Shown in pieces: positions 45,187-54,980 of a DNA stretch of 64,000 nt. Below the pieces are notes generated by a model. It was not told the origin of the DNA. It was given only the letters and a program-made list of their open reading frames with translations, and did no database searches. The translations under genes and the position numbers were made by a program. Position 1 is the first letter of the stretch, and every line of letters starts with the position of its first letter. The stretch is from Fimbriimonadia bacterium (GTDB lineage: Bacteria; Armatimonadota; Fimbriimonadia; Fimbriimonadales; JABRVX01): assembly GCA_041483895.1 (NCBI GenBank), contig JBGPGO010000007.1, forward strand, positions 128,001 to 192,000. Reading direction: 5' to 3'.

Positions 45187-47622
45187 CTAGTCGTCTCCAA
45201 CGAGATCGAAATTGCTAAAGACCGTATTGAGATCGGGAAGATTGACGACGCCGTCGCCATCGAGATCCGCGTTCTGGTCTTGGGTACCGAAGCTGGAGAA
45301 CACGGAGTTCAAATCCTTCACGTCTACCCGGTTGTCGGCCACCTCCGCATTGCCGTTGCTCAACACGATGTTCAAGCCGGGATTGTTGTCGGGCTGATAA
45401 TCGACTTCGAGTGTCCGACGCAGCCAGTGGGACGGCTTTACAGAAACCGTGAATCGGGTGACGGGGACGTCGAGATTCAGGACAAAGCGGCCCTCGTTGT
45501 CGAGCGGAACTGAATAGTCGTGGGAAGATTTGCCCAACGGCGTGACGGTCATATCAACGGATGATGGTCGCGCGCCATGTTGGCTAAGACCTTGGAATTC
45601 CACGGCGCCTCTTACTGACATGATTTTCGTCGACTGAACAACTGGGTCAAACACTTCGACAAATTCCCAGCTCAATGGCGGCATGGTAAAGGTCAATTTT
45701 AGCGTGCTTCCACTATTGAATTTGATCCACTTCCCTCGCAGCCCTTTGTATGCCGCCTTGAGAATATCGTCAGGCAGGAAGAAATCGGAAGGGGTGATGT
45801 TTACAGTAACAGTTTTCGCGGTTTCGCTTGGGTTCCAGAAACAGAGGTATCCGTACTTTCCGTTCAACTTTGGCCGCAGATGGTACATGCCATCGACCCA
45901 CTCACTCCCGAAATTGGAGGAGTTGGTTGGGTCGTAGCATCGCTTCGTGCTATCGTCAATTTGGGTGTAGGCTGTGTACTCTTGGTTTTCTCTGAACCAG
46001 GCGACCCACTTCTTGCAAAGAGCCATTTCGGAGGCGGTGATACCATCGAGCGAGCCGCTAAACTCCAAATTGCAGTACGAACCGACGATGGATGCCAGAC
46101 TATATTCCAGCGCGTCCAACGCAGTCTCAATGCCAGGCAGATGCGCGGGCGTCGTACCCGTCCGGCCCCAATTCGGCATCAATGCGTTCGTCCAACCGGT
46201 TCCGTTTCGTGTGGAATCCGCCGAGCGGTACCACCAACGCGGGTCCTGGCGACGCGGATCGTTGAGGCCGGCGAGAATCCAATCCGTTTGCCAACCCATA
46301 TCGTTGTAACCGAGCGTTGGTGTCGTGGAATAGCCGCGGTCCAGGACGATTTCGGGTCTCGCTGCTCGAAGCTGCTCGCAGGTCAGCTTCCAGTTCGCCA
46401 ATTGACCCATCAATGCGGAGCCCGGAGCGTGGGGATGATCGATGGCCCAGCAATAGTCGCGCTCTACGACAAAGTCAAGTTTCAGAAAATCGGCTTGAGT
46501 CTCATTCACCCAGGACAGTATCTTATTGGTGATCGTTTGCTGCCAATCGGTTGCAAAGCAGTATGCCGGCATGCCGGGACTCCAGATGGCGCCTCCAGGG
46601 TTCAAGATTAGCCGACTTGGATCGATGTTTGGCGCACTGGGATCCGTAAGCGCGGGCGCAATCCAGAAGCCAAACTTCATTCCATTGTTCCGGATGTTCT
46701 GCGAACAGGCGCCGAGTCCGTGCGGAAACCCAAATATATCCAGCCCCCAAGAGCCGTATAAATTCTCCCAGCCGTCATCCACGACAAAATAATCTGCGCC
46801 GAGCTGCTTGGCGGTGGGGGCGATACGGGCACAATCGTCCTCGGTGACATTCGTCTTGTACCCATACCAGGTGTTGTAGATCACCGGTCTGTTCATCCGT
46901 GAAGCATGCGCGAGGTATGTCCCCCAAAACAGTTGGAGACCAAATGCCGCCGTGTATTTGGTGCCCTTTGCCAAACAGAGAACAGCCTGTTCCGTGTGGT
47001 CCGTTTCTTGCTGTACCCGCATCGACGCGGTAATCGCGTTATTGGCGCGATCGCAGACTCCGGCGGGGCGAGGGAGGTTGCACTCCAAACCGATCGCATA
47101 CCCCTGTCCCGCGACCGCGATGCCGTTGTCGTCCCAGACGCCAAACGAGCCGTTGACCACCGGCGATGTGATCGTTAGCTTTTCTACCAGAGCCGATTCC
47201 ACCCGCTGCTTGGGCAGGAACTCGAACCACTTTGCGATCCAGGGCCGGTTGCCCTTGAATATCCGATAGTGGATCACGAAGTTCAAACCGTTTTTCTCGG
47301 CGATCACCCGGACGTGCTTGGCTTCCACCTCATCTTCAACCTGAATATCTTGAATGGTCGAGCCGACGAGATCGACGGTTCCGGATGGAAGAGTGATCGT
47401 CCCTTCGCTGTTCTGCTGAGCGATCATCTCTTGACCCCGAATCTTCAATGAGGTAGTTATCAGGTCCAAGGACACGACGCGGCTGCAGACGTCGTTCTCC
47501 ATGGTGATTCCGGTAGTCCCAATCGTAACTTTGGCGTAGTCGCCGGAAAAGAAAGGATTGGAATTATAGGCCTGCGCCGTAGCGGTTACCAAGAGTGGCG
47601 TTAGCATCCAGAAACGAAACAA
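45187..47622 (-). CDS. Secreted alpha-galactosidase-like glycoside hydrolase (GH36/clan D) with a dockerin-like C-terminus
   Basis: YNTW, FVVDDGW, FPHGL, KFGFWIAP and LKLDF; AAGGAG RBS before TTG. Confidence 0.82.
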   Translation of the reverse strand: MFRFWMLTPLLVTATAQAYNSNPFFSGDYAKVTIGTTGITMENDVCSRVVSLDLITTSLKIRGQEMIAQQNSEGTITLPSGTVDLVGSTIQDIQVEDEVEAKHVRVIAEKNGLNFVIHYRIFKGNRPWIAKWFEFLPKQRVESALVEKLTITSPVVNGSFGVWDDNGIAVAGQGYAIGLECNLPRPAGVCDRANNAITASMRVQQETDHTEQAVLCLAKGTKYTAAFGLQLFWGTYLAHASRMNRPVIYNTWYGYKTNVTEDDCARIAPTAKQLGADYFVVDDGWENLYGSWGLDIFGFPHGLGACSQNIRNNGMKFGFWIAPALTDPSAPNIDPSRLILNPGGAIWSPGMPAYCFATDWQQTITNKILSWVNETQADFLKLDFVVERDYCWAIDHPHAPGSALMGQLANWKLTCEQLRAARPEIVLDRGYSTTPTLGYNDMGWQTDWILAGLNDPRRQDPRWWYRSADSTRNGTGWTNALMPNWGRTGTTPAHLPGIETALDALEYSLASIVGSYCNLEFSGSLDGITASEMALCKKWVAWFRENQEYTAYTQIDDSTKRCYDPTNSSNFGSEWVDGMYHLRPKLNGKYGYLCFWNPSETAKTVTVNITPSDFFLPDDILKAAYKGLRGKWIKFNSGSTLKLTFTMPPLSWEFVEVFDPVVQSTKIMSVRGAVEFQGLSQHGARPSSVDMTVTPLGKSSHDYSVPLDNEGRFVLNLDVPVTRFTVSVKPSHWLRRTLEVDYQPDNNPGLNIVLSNGNAEVADNRVDVKDLNSVFSSFGTQDQNADLDGDGVVNLPDLNTVFSNFDLVGDD

Positions 47623-47899
47623 TTCAACTCTCCTTAACGGTAGTCGGCAAACTGCCAGAGAACCTTGCGAGGTAATGATATCACATAGTGGCCAATTTTG
47701 CCATCGTGTAAAGTCCGGTTGTCGCGGGCATCCGAGCGCGAATTGCCTGCATGGTTTGCCGGGCCGAAGTAGGAGAACGGCAACCAGTTTTCCCGAACCG
47801 TTGGCAAAATCCCAGAAATCTCCCGGAAATTTCGGCAGGAAGTGGCGGGCCGCTAGAGAACCTCACTTTTCCTAGAATCTAATCGAGGCAGGTCCGAAC

Positions 47900-50800
47900 A
47901 TGAGATTAATCGCAGTCACCGCAGCCCTACTCGCCGCCGGAATGGCCCTTTCGCAGGATCAGTTGGCGAAGAGTTTCCTCAATCCACCCGATTCCGCCAA
48001 GCCGCACACCTGGTGGCACTGGATGGACGGCAACATCACCAAGGAAGGTCTGACGGCCGACCTGGAGGCGATGAAGAAGGCCGGGATCGGCGGCGCGCAA
48101 ATGTTCACAGTAGCCGTCGGTATTCCGCCGGGACCGGTCGGATACATGAGCGACAAGTGGCGGGAGATGGTCAAGCATGCGGTGAAAGAGGCAGGCAGGC
48201 TTGGGATCGAACTGTGTATCCACAATTGCGCCGGTTGGTCAAGCAGCGGCGGTCCCTGGATCGATCCCGCGCACGCGATGCAGCTGATCGCCTGGTCGGA
48301 GAAAGCAGTCCACGGCCCCATGCACTTCGATGACAAGTTGGCCATGCCGAAACCGCCCTATTCCTACAAAGTCATTGACTATCACAAGGATATAGTCGTG
48401 CTCGCCTTCCCGACTCCCAAGCCGTTCAAGGTCGAGGGGTTGAACGGGAGGTCCGGCGCTTCCCGCGGACCGGACAACCTGTATCCGGACGTAACCCCCG
48501 TTCCCGACGGAGTGGCAATTTCGCGCGAAAAGATTCTGGTAATCAGCGAGAAGATGGACGAGTCCGGCCGGCTGGTGTGGGACGTGCCCGATGGCGATTG
48601 GACGATTTTGCGAATCGGATACACCCCGACCGGCAAGGACAACCATCCCGCGCCGCCGGAGGGCGATGGGTTGGAAGTGGATAAGCTGAGCCGCGAGGCC
48701 CTCGACGTGCACTGGAACGGGATGATGGCGAAGATCATCGCCGACCTCGGGCCGCTTGCCGGCAAGGTGCTCAACAACTCGCTCATCGACAGCTATGAGG
48801 TGGACAGCCAGAACTGGACGCCCAAAATGCGGGAGGAGTTTCAGCAACGGCGGGGATACGATCTTCTCACGTACCTGCCTGTCGTTTGTGGCAAGATTGT
48901 TGACAGCCATGAGATGAGCGAACGGTTCCTGTGGGACTTGCGGCGAACGATCGGCGACCTGTTCGCGGACAACTACTACGCTTACTTCCGCGATCTCTGC
49001 CACAAGGCGGGGCTCAAATTTTCCACCGAGCCTTATGGCAATGGGACGTTTGACAACGCGCAGTGCGGCGGAATAGCCGACATCCCAATGGGCGAATTTT
49101 GGGTCGGCGGCGGGGCGATTGAAACGACAAAGCTTGCCTCCTCAATCGGCCACGTCTATGGCCATCCAGTTATCGGGGCGGAATCATTCACGGCGGACGA
49201 CAACGTCGGCCGATATCTGGTTGAGCCGTATGGCATCAAGGCTCTGGGCGACAAGATCTTTTGCAACGGAATCAACCGTTATATTTTCCATAGATATGCG
49301 CACCAGCCGTGGATGAATTTGAAGCCGGGAATGACCATGGGCCCGTGGGGAATGCATCTGGACCGCACGGAGACATGGTGGGACGACGCATCCGCCTGGC
49401 TGAAGTACGTCGCGCGCTGCCAGTACCTGTTGCAGCAGGGCCACTTCGTGGCGGACGCGCTCTATTTCTATGGCGAAGGCGCCCCCAATGATCTTCCCTA
49501 CGGTGATGCGCTGCTGCCGGCGATGCCGAAGGGATATGATTACGACGGCTGCGACGCCACGATCGTCATGAATCGCATCACCGTCAAGAACGGGCGCATT
49601 GTTCTTCCCGACGGCACATCCTATTCCATCCTCATCCTGCCCGATTCGCAGTTCATGACCCCGCGGATGGCGCGAAGGGTCCGCGATTTGGTTCGGCAGG
49701 GTGCGGTCGTCTACGGTCCGAAGCCGACGATGTCGCCAAGTCTCAACGGATACCCAACCTGCGATGATGAGGTCGCGAAGATTGGCGACGAGGTTTGGGG
49801 GAAATTCAACGGGAAGACAGTGTTAATCGGCTCCTACGGAAGCGGGCGCGTCATCTGGGGCAAATCGCTCAACGAAGTCCTCACCGATTTGGGTGATGAT
49901 CCGGATTTGCAATATCAGGGATTGAACGGCGGCGCGAATCTGGCGCATATCCATCGAAATATCGACGGCGCAGACGTCTATTTTGTTGCCAATCAGCAAA
50001 ATCGCGCCGTGCGGGTTGATTGCAGCTTTCGTGTGGCGGGCAAGGCTCCTGAGCTTTGGTTTCCAGAAACGGGCAGGACCATGCCGGCCCCGATCTATCG
50101 TCCCGACAAATATCGCACGTCGGTGACCATGAATCTCGGTCCCGTGGAGTCGGTCTTTGTTATTTTCCGAAAGGGTGATTCGGCAGACCACTATCCGAAC
50201 CTGACCTTTGTTCCGCAAGGACAGGAATCGGAGACGCCTCAAACCATCGTCATCAAGTCCGCCCGATATGGAACGGAGGACGGACGCGGGGTAGATGTGA
50301 CGGCAAAGGTGCAGCAGATGGTGTCGGAAGGCCAATACGAGATTCACGCGACGAATGGCATGTTTGGCGATCCGGTGGTCAACGTTCAGAAGCGATTGGT
50401 CGTGCAGTACGAGCTGAATGGCAAGCCGATGGACAAGACGGTCCCCGAGAACGGGACAATCGCGATTCTCGTAACCAACGACAATCCTTACACGTTCCCG
50501 GAATTTGATCTGATTCGGGACAGCAAAGGAATGGTTGCGGCGTTGCCGTGGAAAGCCGGGACGTTCGAGTGGACGCCATTGGTAGCCGCACAAAAGAAGA
50601 TACCGGTTGCGAACGATGCGGACGCTGTGAACATTGCTGGACCGTGGACAGTCAATTTCGCGAAAGGGTGGGGCGCGCCGCCGACGGTGCACTTTGCCGA
50701 CCTGCATTCATGGCCAATGGATACGGATGATGGCGTAAAGTATTTTTCCGGCACCGCAACGTACATCAAGCAATTTTCGGTACCGGCAGCCATGATCGGC

Positions 50801-51196
50801 CAGGGCCGCTCCGTTTGGCTCGACCTTGGCAAAGTGAAGAACTTTGCGCGGGTTCGCGTGAACGGTAAGGATTTGGGGATTCTTTGGAAGCCGCCGTTCC
50901 GCGTCGAGGTGACCGGAATCGTGAAGGCCGGTTCCAACAATCTAGAGATTGCAATCACCAATCTGTGGCCGAACCGGCTGATTGGGGACGAGCAGCTTCC
51001 GCCGGACGTGGAGTGGGCGGGGGCGCGGCTGAAGGAGTGGCCCGACTGGCTGAAGAACGGCAAGCCTCGCCCAAAGACCGGCCGGCTGGCGTTCACCACT
51101 TGGCACTTTTACAACAAGGATTCTCCGCTGTTGGAGTCGGGGTTGATCGGTCCGGTTGCGTTGCGATCAGCGCGGGTCTTGTCATTGAATCCGTAG
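47900..51196 (+). CDS. Secreted GH106 alpha-L-rhamnosidase-like glycoside hydrolase
   Basis: KPHTWWHWMDGN, GWSSSGGPW, DSYE, PMGEFW, AESFT and NLWPNRLIGD. Confidence 0.88.
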   Translation: MRLIAVTAALLAAGMALSQDQLAKSFLNPPDSAKPHTWWHWMDGNITKEGLTADLEAMKKAGIGGAQMFTVAVGIPPGPVGYMSDKWREMVKHAVKEAGRLGIELCIHNCAGWSSSGGPWIDPAHAMQLIAWSEKAVHGPMHFDDKLAMPKPPYSYKVIDYHKDIVVLAFPTPKPFKVEGLNGRSGASRGPDNLYPDVTPVPDGVAISREKILVISEKMDESGRLVWDVPDGDWTILRIGYTPTGKDNHPAPPEGDGLEVDKLSREALDVHWNGMMAKIIADLGPLAGKVLNNSLIDSYEVDSQNWTPKMREEFQQRRGYDLLTYLPVVCGKIVDSHEMSERFLWDLRRTIGDLFADNYYAYFRDLCHKAGLKFSTEPYGNGTFDNAQCGGIADIPMGEFWVGGGAIETTKLASSIGHVYGHPVIGAESFTADDNVGRYLVEPYGIKALGDKIFCNGINRYIFHRYAHQPWMNLKPGMTMGPWGMHLDRTETWWDDASAWLKYVARCQYLLQQGHFVADALYFYGEGAPNDLPYGDALLPAMPKGYDYDGCDATIVMNRITVKNGRIVLPDGTSYSILILPDSQFMTPRMARRVRDLVRQGAVVYGPKPTMSPSLNGYPTCDDEVAKIGDEVWGKFNGKTVLIGSYGSGRVIWGKSLNEVLTDLGDDPDLQYQGLNGGANLAHIHRNIDGADVYFVANQQNRAVRVDCSFRVAGKAPELWFPETGRTMPAPIYRPDKYRTSVTMNLGPVESVFVIFRKGDSADHYPNLTFVPQGQESETPQTIVIKSARYGTEDGRGVDVTAKVQQMVSEGQYEIHATNGMFGDPVVNVQKRLVVQYELNGKPMDKTVPENGTIAILVTNDNPYTFPEFDLIRDSKGMVAALPWKAGTFEWTPLVAAQKKIPVANDADAVNIAGPWTVNFAKGWGAPPTVHFADLHSWPMDTDDGVKYFSGTATYIKQFSVPAAMIGQGRSVWLDLGKVKNFARVRVNGKDLGILWKPPFRVEVTGIVKAGSNNLEIAITNLWPNRLIGDEQLPPDVEWAGARLKEWPDWLKNGKPRPKTGRLAFTTWHFYNKDSPLLESGLIGPVALRSARVLSLNP

Positions 51197-51204
51197 GTTG
51201 CATC

Positions 51205-51373
51205 TCCCTTCATAGTACGACTATGAAGGGATGTTCCTATCTCTTTCCTCTCCCTCAACGCGGGTCTTGGTGTGAGCCAAATGCAAGGGACCGGCAAAAC
51301 GACCCGCGTCTACTATGCCGAAACTGTGAAGGGATGGGATTCACTTCGATACCTTCACAGTCGCACTGTGAAG
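51205..51373. repeat. Intergenic cluster of family-C palindromes
   Basis: TCCCTTCATAGT-ACG-ACTATGAAGGGA (51205), ACTGTGAAGGGA (51323), CTTCACAGT-CGC-ACTGTGAAG (51353). Confidence 0.8.
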
Positions 51374-51381
51374 AGCAATCG

Positions 51382-52275
51382 CTATTTTTCGCTCTTCGGG
51401 TTCGGTTTGCAGCCGCCTTCTCCGGTGGCGCGGACGTGGGCTTTGTGCTTATCCTCGATGCCCTTATACGCATACGGATCGATGCCGGCGATAAGCACGA
51501 TGTCGCGATTATCCGTGTTCGCGAAGTGCCTGCCTTCCTCTACCCGTCCCCAAGGGAGGAGCGACTCCGCGCTCATATAATGGTTGACCAGCACTCGCCG
51601 ATACCCGGCTGCCGCCCGATTCGGCTGCGAGCGATGGAGCAGATAGCCGTTGAAGAACAGAATGGTCCCCGCCTCGACCTCCACCGGGATCTCATCCTTC
51701 TCCGAGTAGGGAAATCCAAAGGTTTCCTCGGCGCAGTCGAAGCGGCGGTCATCGTGCTCGTGCTGCGGCCACAGGATGCCGTGCTTGTGCGATCCCGGGA
51801 TGACCCAAAGGGTGCCGTTCTCGACGGTCGCATCGTCTAAGGCGATCCAAGCGCCGGTAAGTGACCGGTCGCGCGTTGGAATATAGACCTCATCCTGGTG
51901 CCATGCCTGTCCGGGCTTGCCTGCCGCCTTGATAAACAGCATGCTTTGCATGCACTTTACATTCGGGCCGATCGCCTTGGTCAAGACATCGCCGATGACC
52001 GGATGACCGAGATACTTGAACATGACCTGCGAAATCTTGTGCGGGAAATGGATGCAGAGGAAGCGCTTGAGGATGTCGTCCTCTCTGTCGCCCGCCTCGG
52101 TCGGGACGAAGCCGTGATAGTCGCCGTAGTCTCCCCGGCAGATTTGGGTCGCATCTTTTCGCAACTCCTTAATTTCTTCTATGCTCAGGGCGCCGGGCAC
52201 CGCGAGGAAGCCGCTTTCGCGGAAGAAAGCGATGTCATTATCGGTGATCGTCGGGTAGGCGTGTGTTGTTGGCAT
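51382..52275 (-). CDS. Phytanoyl-CoA dioxygenase (PhyH) family Fe/2OG enzyme
   Basis: WHQDE, WIALDDATVENG, PGSH and LLHRS. Confidence 0.9.
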   Translation of the reverse strand: MPTTHAYPTITDNDIAFFRESGFLAVPGALSIEEIKELRKDATQICRGDYGDYHGFVPTEAGDREDDILKRFLCIHFPHKISQVMFKYLGHPVIGDVLTKAIGPNVKCMQSMLFIKAAGKPGQAWHQDEVYIPTRDRSLTGAWIALDDATVENGTLWVIPGSHKHGILWPQHEHDDRRFDCAEETFGFPYSEKDEIPVEVEAGTILFFNGYLLHRSQPNRAAAGYRRVLVNHYMSAESLLPWGRVEEGRHFANTDNRDIVLIAGIDPYAYKGIEDKHKAHVRATGEGGCKPNPKSEK

Positions 52276-52307
52276 GTTGTTTCCTCATTCTATCACGAAA
52301 AGTTACT

Positions 52308-52419
52308 TTGTCATTCCGAGCCTGTCGAGGAATCCCTCTCTGGAGGCTATGTGATCTGACAGCGTTCGCTGAAGTCGAGAGGTTCTGAAAGAGATTCCCC
52401 GACAGGCTCGGAATGACAA
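52308..52419. repeat. Family-D long inverted repeat (REP/RPE/MITE-like)
   Basis: TTGTCATTCCGAGCCTGTCGAGGAATC ... GATTCCCCGACAGGCTCGGAATGACAA. Confidence 0.85.
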
Positions 52420-52450
52420 CTTCAACGTGTTCAGAATGACAGCTCCGTTA

Positions 52451-53224
52451 CTATTGAAGAAGTGCCCTTACAAACGCCTCTGCCTGTGCCGGTAGGTCGC
52501 CGGCCTCACGCATGTCGTGGAGGAACTGGACGAGAGCGCTGCCGACGACCGCGCCGTCGGCGAAGGCCTGAATGGCGCGAACATCGTCTACCGTGCGGAT
52601 GCCAAAACCGACCACCGCAGGGGTCTGCGTCGCGGCTTCTACCTGTTCGACAAGGGCCTTCGTGTCATCGAGCGCTGCGGAACCGACGCCGGTGACCCCG
52701 GTTCGAGAGACGCAATAGACAAAACCCGTCGACAGCCGGCACGCCAATTCGATGCGATCCGGCGTGCTGGTGGGCGCGAGGAGAAAGATGGTGTCGAGTC
52801 CGGCGCCGTTCGCCGCCGTCTTCCACGGACCGGCCTCCTCAGGCGTGAGGTCGGTGACGATGACTCCGTCGGCGCCCGCCTCTTTCGCGCGGTTGGCAAA
52901 CGCTTCCAGGCCGATGCGAAGAACCGGATTGTAGTAGGTCATCAGCACAATCGGCACATCGGTCTTCTCCCGTGTTTCGGCCAATTTATCAATGATCTGC
53001 CCCACGCGCACGCCACGATCGAGGGCCCGTTGGGAGCTTGCCTGGATGGTCGGTCCATCGGCTATCGGGTCGCTGAACGGGATGCCGATCTCCACCGCGT
53101 CCGCTCCACCCTTGGCGAGCGACGCGACGATCTCCGGCAGTTGCGCGATATCCGGATCGCCGGCGGTGACGAAGCAGATGAGGGATTTCTTTCCAGGCTG
53201 GGCGAGGCGTTCGAGTCGGGACAT
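52451..53224 (-). CDS. trpA: Tryptophan synthase alpha subunit
   Basis: FVTAGDP, EIGIPFSDPIADGPTIQ, MTYYNP, SRTGVTG, VGFGI and VVGSA. Confidence 0.96.
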   Translation of the reverse strand: MSRLERLAQPGKKSLICFVTAGDPDIAQLPEIVASLAKGGADAVEIGIPFSDPIADGPTIQASSQRALDRGVRVGQIIDKLAETREKTDVPIVLMTYYNPVLRIGLEAFANRAKEAGADGVIVTDLTPEEAGPWKTAANGAGLDTIFLLAPTSTPDRIELACRLSTGFVYCVSRTGVTGVGSAALDDTKALVEQVEAATQTPAVVGFGIRTVDDVRAIQAFADGAVVGSALVQFLHDMREAGDLPAQAEAFVRALLQ

Positions 53225-53234
53225 GGGCTTCAGT

Positions 53235-54317
53235 TTACTCGGCAGCAAGCATATCCATGAGGCGGTCGTTGATAAAGAGCACATCGCGGCCCATTTGACG
53301 GCGTCTGAGCACTCCGATATCTTCCAGTTGAGATAAATATCTGGCAGCGGTGTTTCGCGAGGCTATTCCCGCGCGTTCCAATGTCGTTGACCGAATATAT
53401 GGCAATTGGAAAACGAGATCGATTAGCTCGCGACTGTATCGGCGTCCCAACTTTTCCATTGCCAGTTCGCAGGTCTCCTTTATCGCTGCTCGAATTTGCT
53501 CCAAACGTCTGCGTGTCCCGGTGGCGGTTTCGCGAATCGCTTCCAACAAATAGAGAATCCAGGGTTCCCACATTTCCAGTTCCGTCACGTCTCGCAGATG
53601 GCGATAATATGCCGCACGATTTTCTAAGATGTAGTGACTCAAGTACAGCACAGGTACTTCAAGCAGTTTGTTCTGAAGCATCGTGAGAATATTTATCACC
53701 CTGCCGACTCGACCATTTCCATCCGGAAATGGGTGGATGGCTTCGAATTGATAATGCGCCACCGCCATTTTGATCAATGGATCCACACCGTCGTCAATTG
53801 CGAGATAATCACAGAGGTTCTGTAGAAGGCTACTTATCAGGTCCTTTCCAAAGGGAGGCGTATAAACGATATCGCCTGATACGCTAGCGGCAAGTCTTGT
53901 TCCGGGGCCCGCGCGAAGATCGAATACGGGAGACTTAATGATCTTGGCCAACTCGATAATTAAGGACGTATCGATTGCGGGCTGCTGGTGCAACGTGCGA
54001 TAGCCATGCCAGACCGCCTGCTCGTATCTAAGGACTTCCTTTGCTTGAGGACTTTTGGCATCGGTGTTGTCTGCCAGGGGAACGTATAAAGCATCGTTTG
54101 TGGTTACGACGTTTTCTATCTCGGAAGATAGTTTCGCCTCTTGAATTACGGCGGCTCTCAATAGAATGGATTGATTCGGGATGGACTGACCGAGGGTGTT
54201 CAACTCCGCGAGCGCCAAACGAGCCGGCAGTAGTTCGAGAAGAATCTGTTTTGTTACCACGTCCTTCGTCGGAGGCAATGGCGGTAAATCGTTGTATGGT
54301 TCTTCGCGATCGAACAT
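53235..54317 (-). CDS. Fic family adenylyltransferase with an intramolecular inhibitory motif and a C-terminal HTH
   Basis: HPFPDGNGRVGR; SSEIEN; SRNTAARYL. Confidence 0.92.
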   Translation of the reverse strand: MFDREEPYNDLPPLPPTKDVVTKQILLELLPARLALAELNTLGQSIPNQSILLRAAVIQEAKLSSEIENVVTTNDALYVPLADNTDAKSPQAKEVLRYEQAVWHGYRTLHQQPAIDTSLIIELAKIIKSPVFDLRAGPGTRLAASVSGDIVYTPPFGKDLISSLLQNLCDYLAIDDGVDPLIKMAVAHYQFEAIHPFPDGNGRVGRVINILTMLQNKLLEVPVLYLSHYILENRAAYYRHLRDVTELEMWEPWILYLLEAIRETATGTRRRLEQIRAAIKETCELAMEKLGRRYSRELIDLVFQLPYIRSTTLERAGIASRNTAARYLSQLEDIGVLRRRQMGRDVLFINDRLMDMLAAE

Positions 54318-54490
54318 GCACACAAAATACCTGGTTTTTTCAATCAAAGGGCGGAATCCGCGCAAATCTTAGGCATATGCAAGTCAATCTGCCCAGAAAA
54401 TACCTTGTTTTTGGGCAGATCGGTCCGGACATGCCCAGAACTTGGGCATGTTTCCATGCTTATGCACAGCAAATACTGGGTTTTTGGGCA
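54317..54490. repeat. Degenerate 73-bp tandem repeat (about 2.4 units) upstream of fic
   Basis: 28-bp motifs start at 54317, 54390 and 54463. Confidence 0.75.
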
Positions 54491-54530
54491 CTTCAACCGA
54501 AAGGAGCCACCGAGTATAATCCCAGCCAAG

Positions 54531-54980
54531 ATGGACCGGCCAAGCTGGGATGCTTATTTCATGCGGATCGCCCACGATGTTTCCACCCGGGCGACATGCC
54601 TGCGGAGGAAGGTCGGGGCGGTAATCGTGGCGGAAAAGCGGATTTTGACGACCGGTTACAACGGCGCGCCGCACGGCCTGCCCCACTGCACCGAGGTGGG
54701 CTGCAAGCTGGATAACGGACACTGCATCCGCACCCTGCACGCGGAGCAGAACGCCATCGCTCAGGCCGCGCTCTTCGGCGTCAGCTGTTTGGGTTCCGGT
54801 CTTTATGTCACTTGTCAGCCCTGCAACAACTGCGCCAAGATGATCATAAACGCCGGCATCAAGAAGGTGGTTTTCGAGGGCGATTATCCCGACCCGTTCG
54901 CCTTGGAGCTATTCGAGTTCGCCCAGGTGGAGCTGTTTCGGTACGGGGAAGACACTATTGAAAAGGTGCCGCTCGGATGA
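54531..54980 (+). CDS. dCMP deaminase / ComEB family
   Basis: RPSWDAYF, TCLRRKVGA, GYNG, HAEQNA and PCNNC. Confidence 0.92.
   Translation: MDRPSWDAYFMRIAHDVSTRATCLRRKVGAVIVAEKRILTTGYNGAPHGLPHCTEVGCKLDNGHCIRTLHAEQNAIAQAALFGVSCLGSGLYVTCQPCNNCAKMIINAGIKKVVFEGDYPDPFALELFEFAQVELFRYGEDTIEKVPLG

Noticed and set aside
47640..47800. c-di-GMP-I riboswitch (GGCAAAC motifs)
   Set aside because: It lacks the GNRA hairpin and the GACGCAAA core. The region is explained by promoter elements (TGGCAA-17-TATCAT).
54317..54490. CRISPR mini-array (28-bp repeats, 45-bp spacers)
   Set aside because: The repeats are degenerate, the two spacers resemble each other, and there are no cas genes. It is better described as a tandem operator-like repeat.
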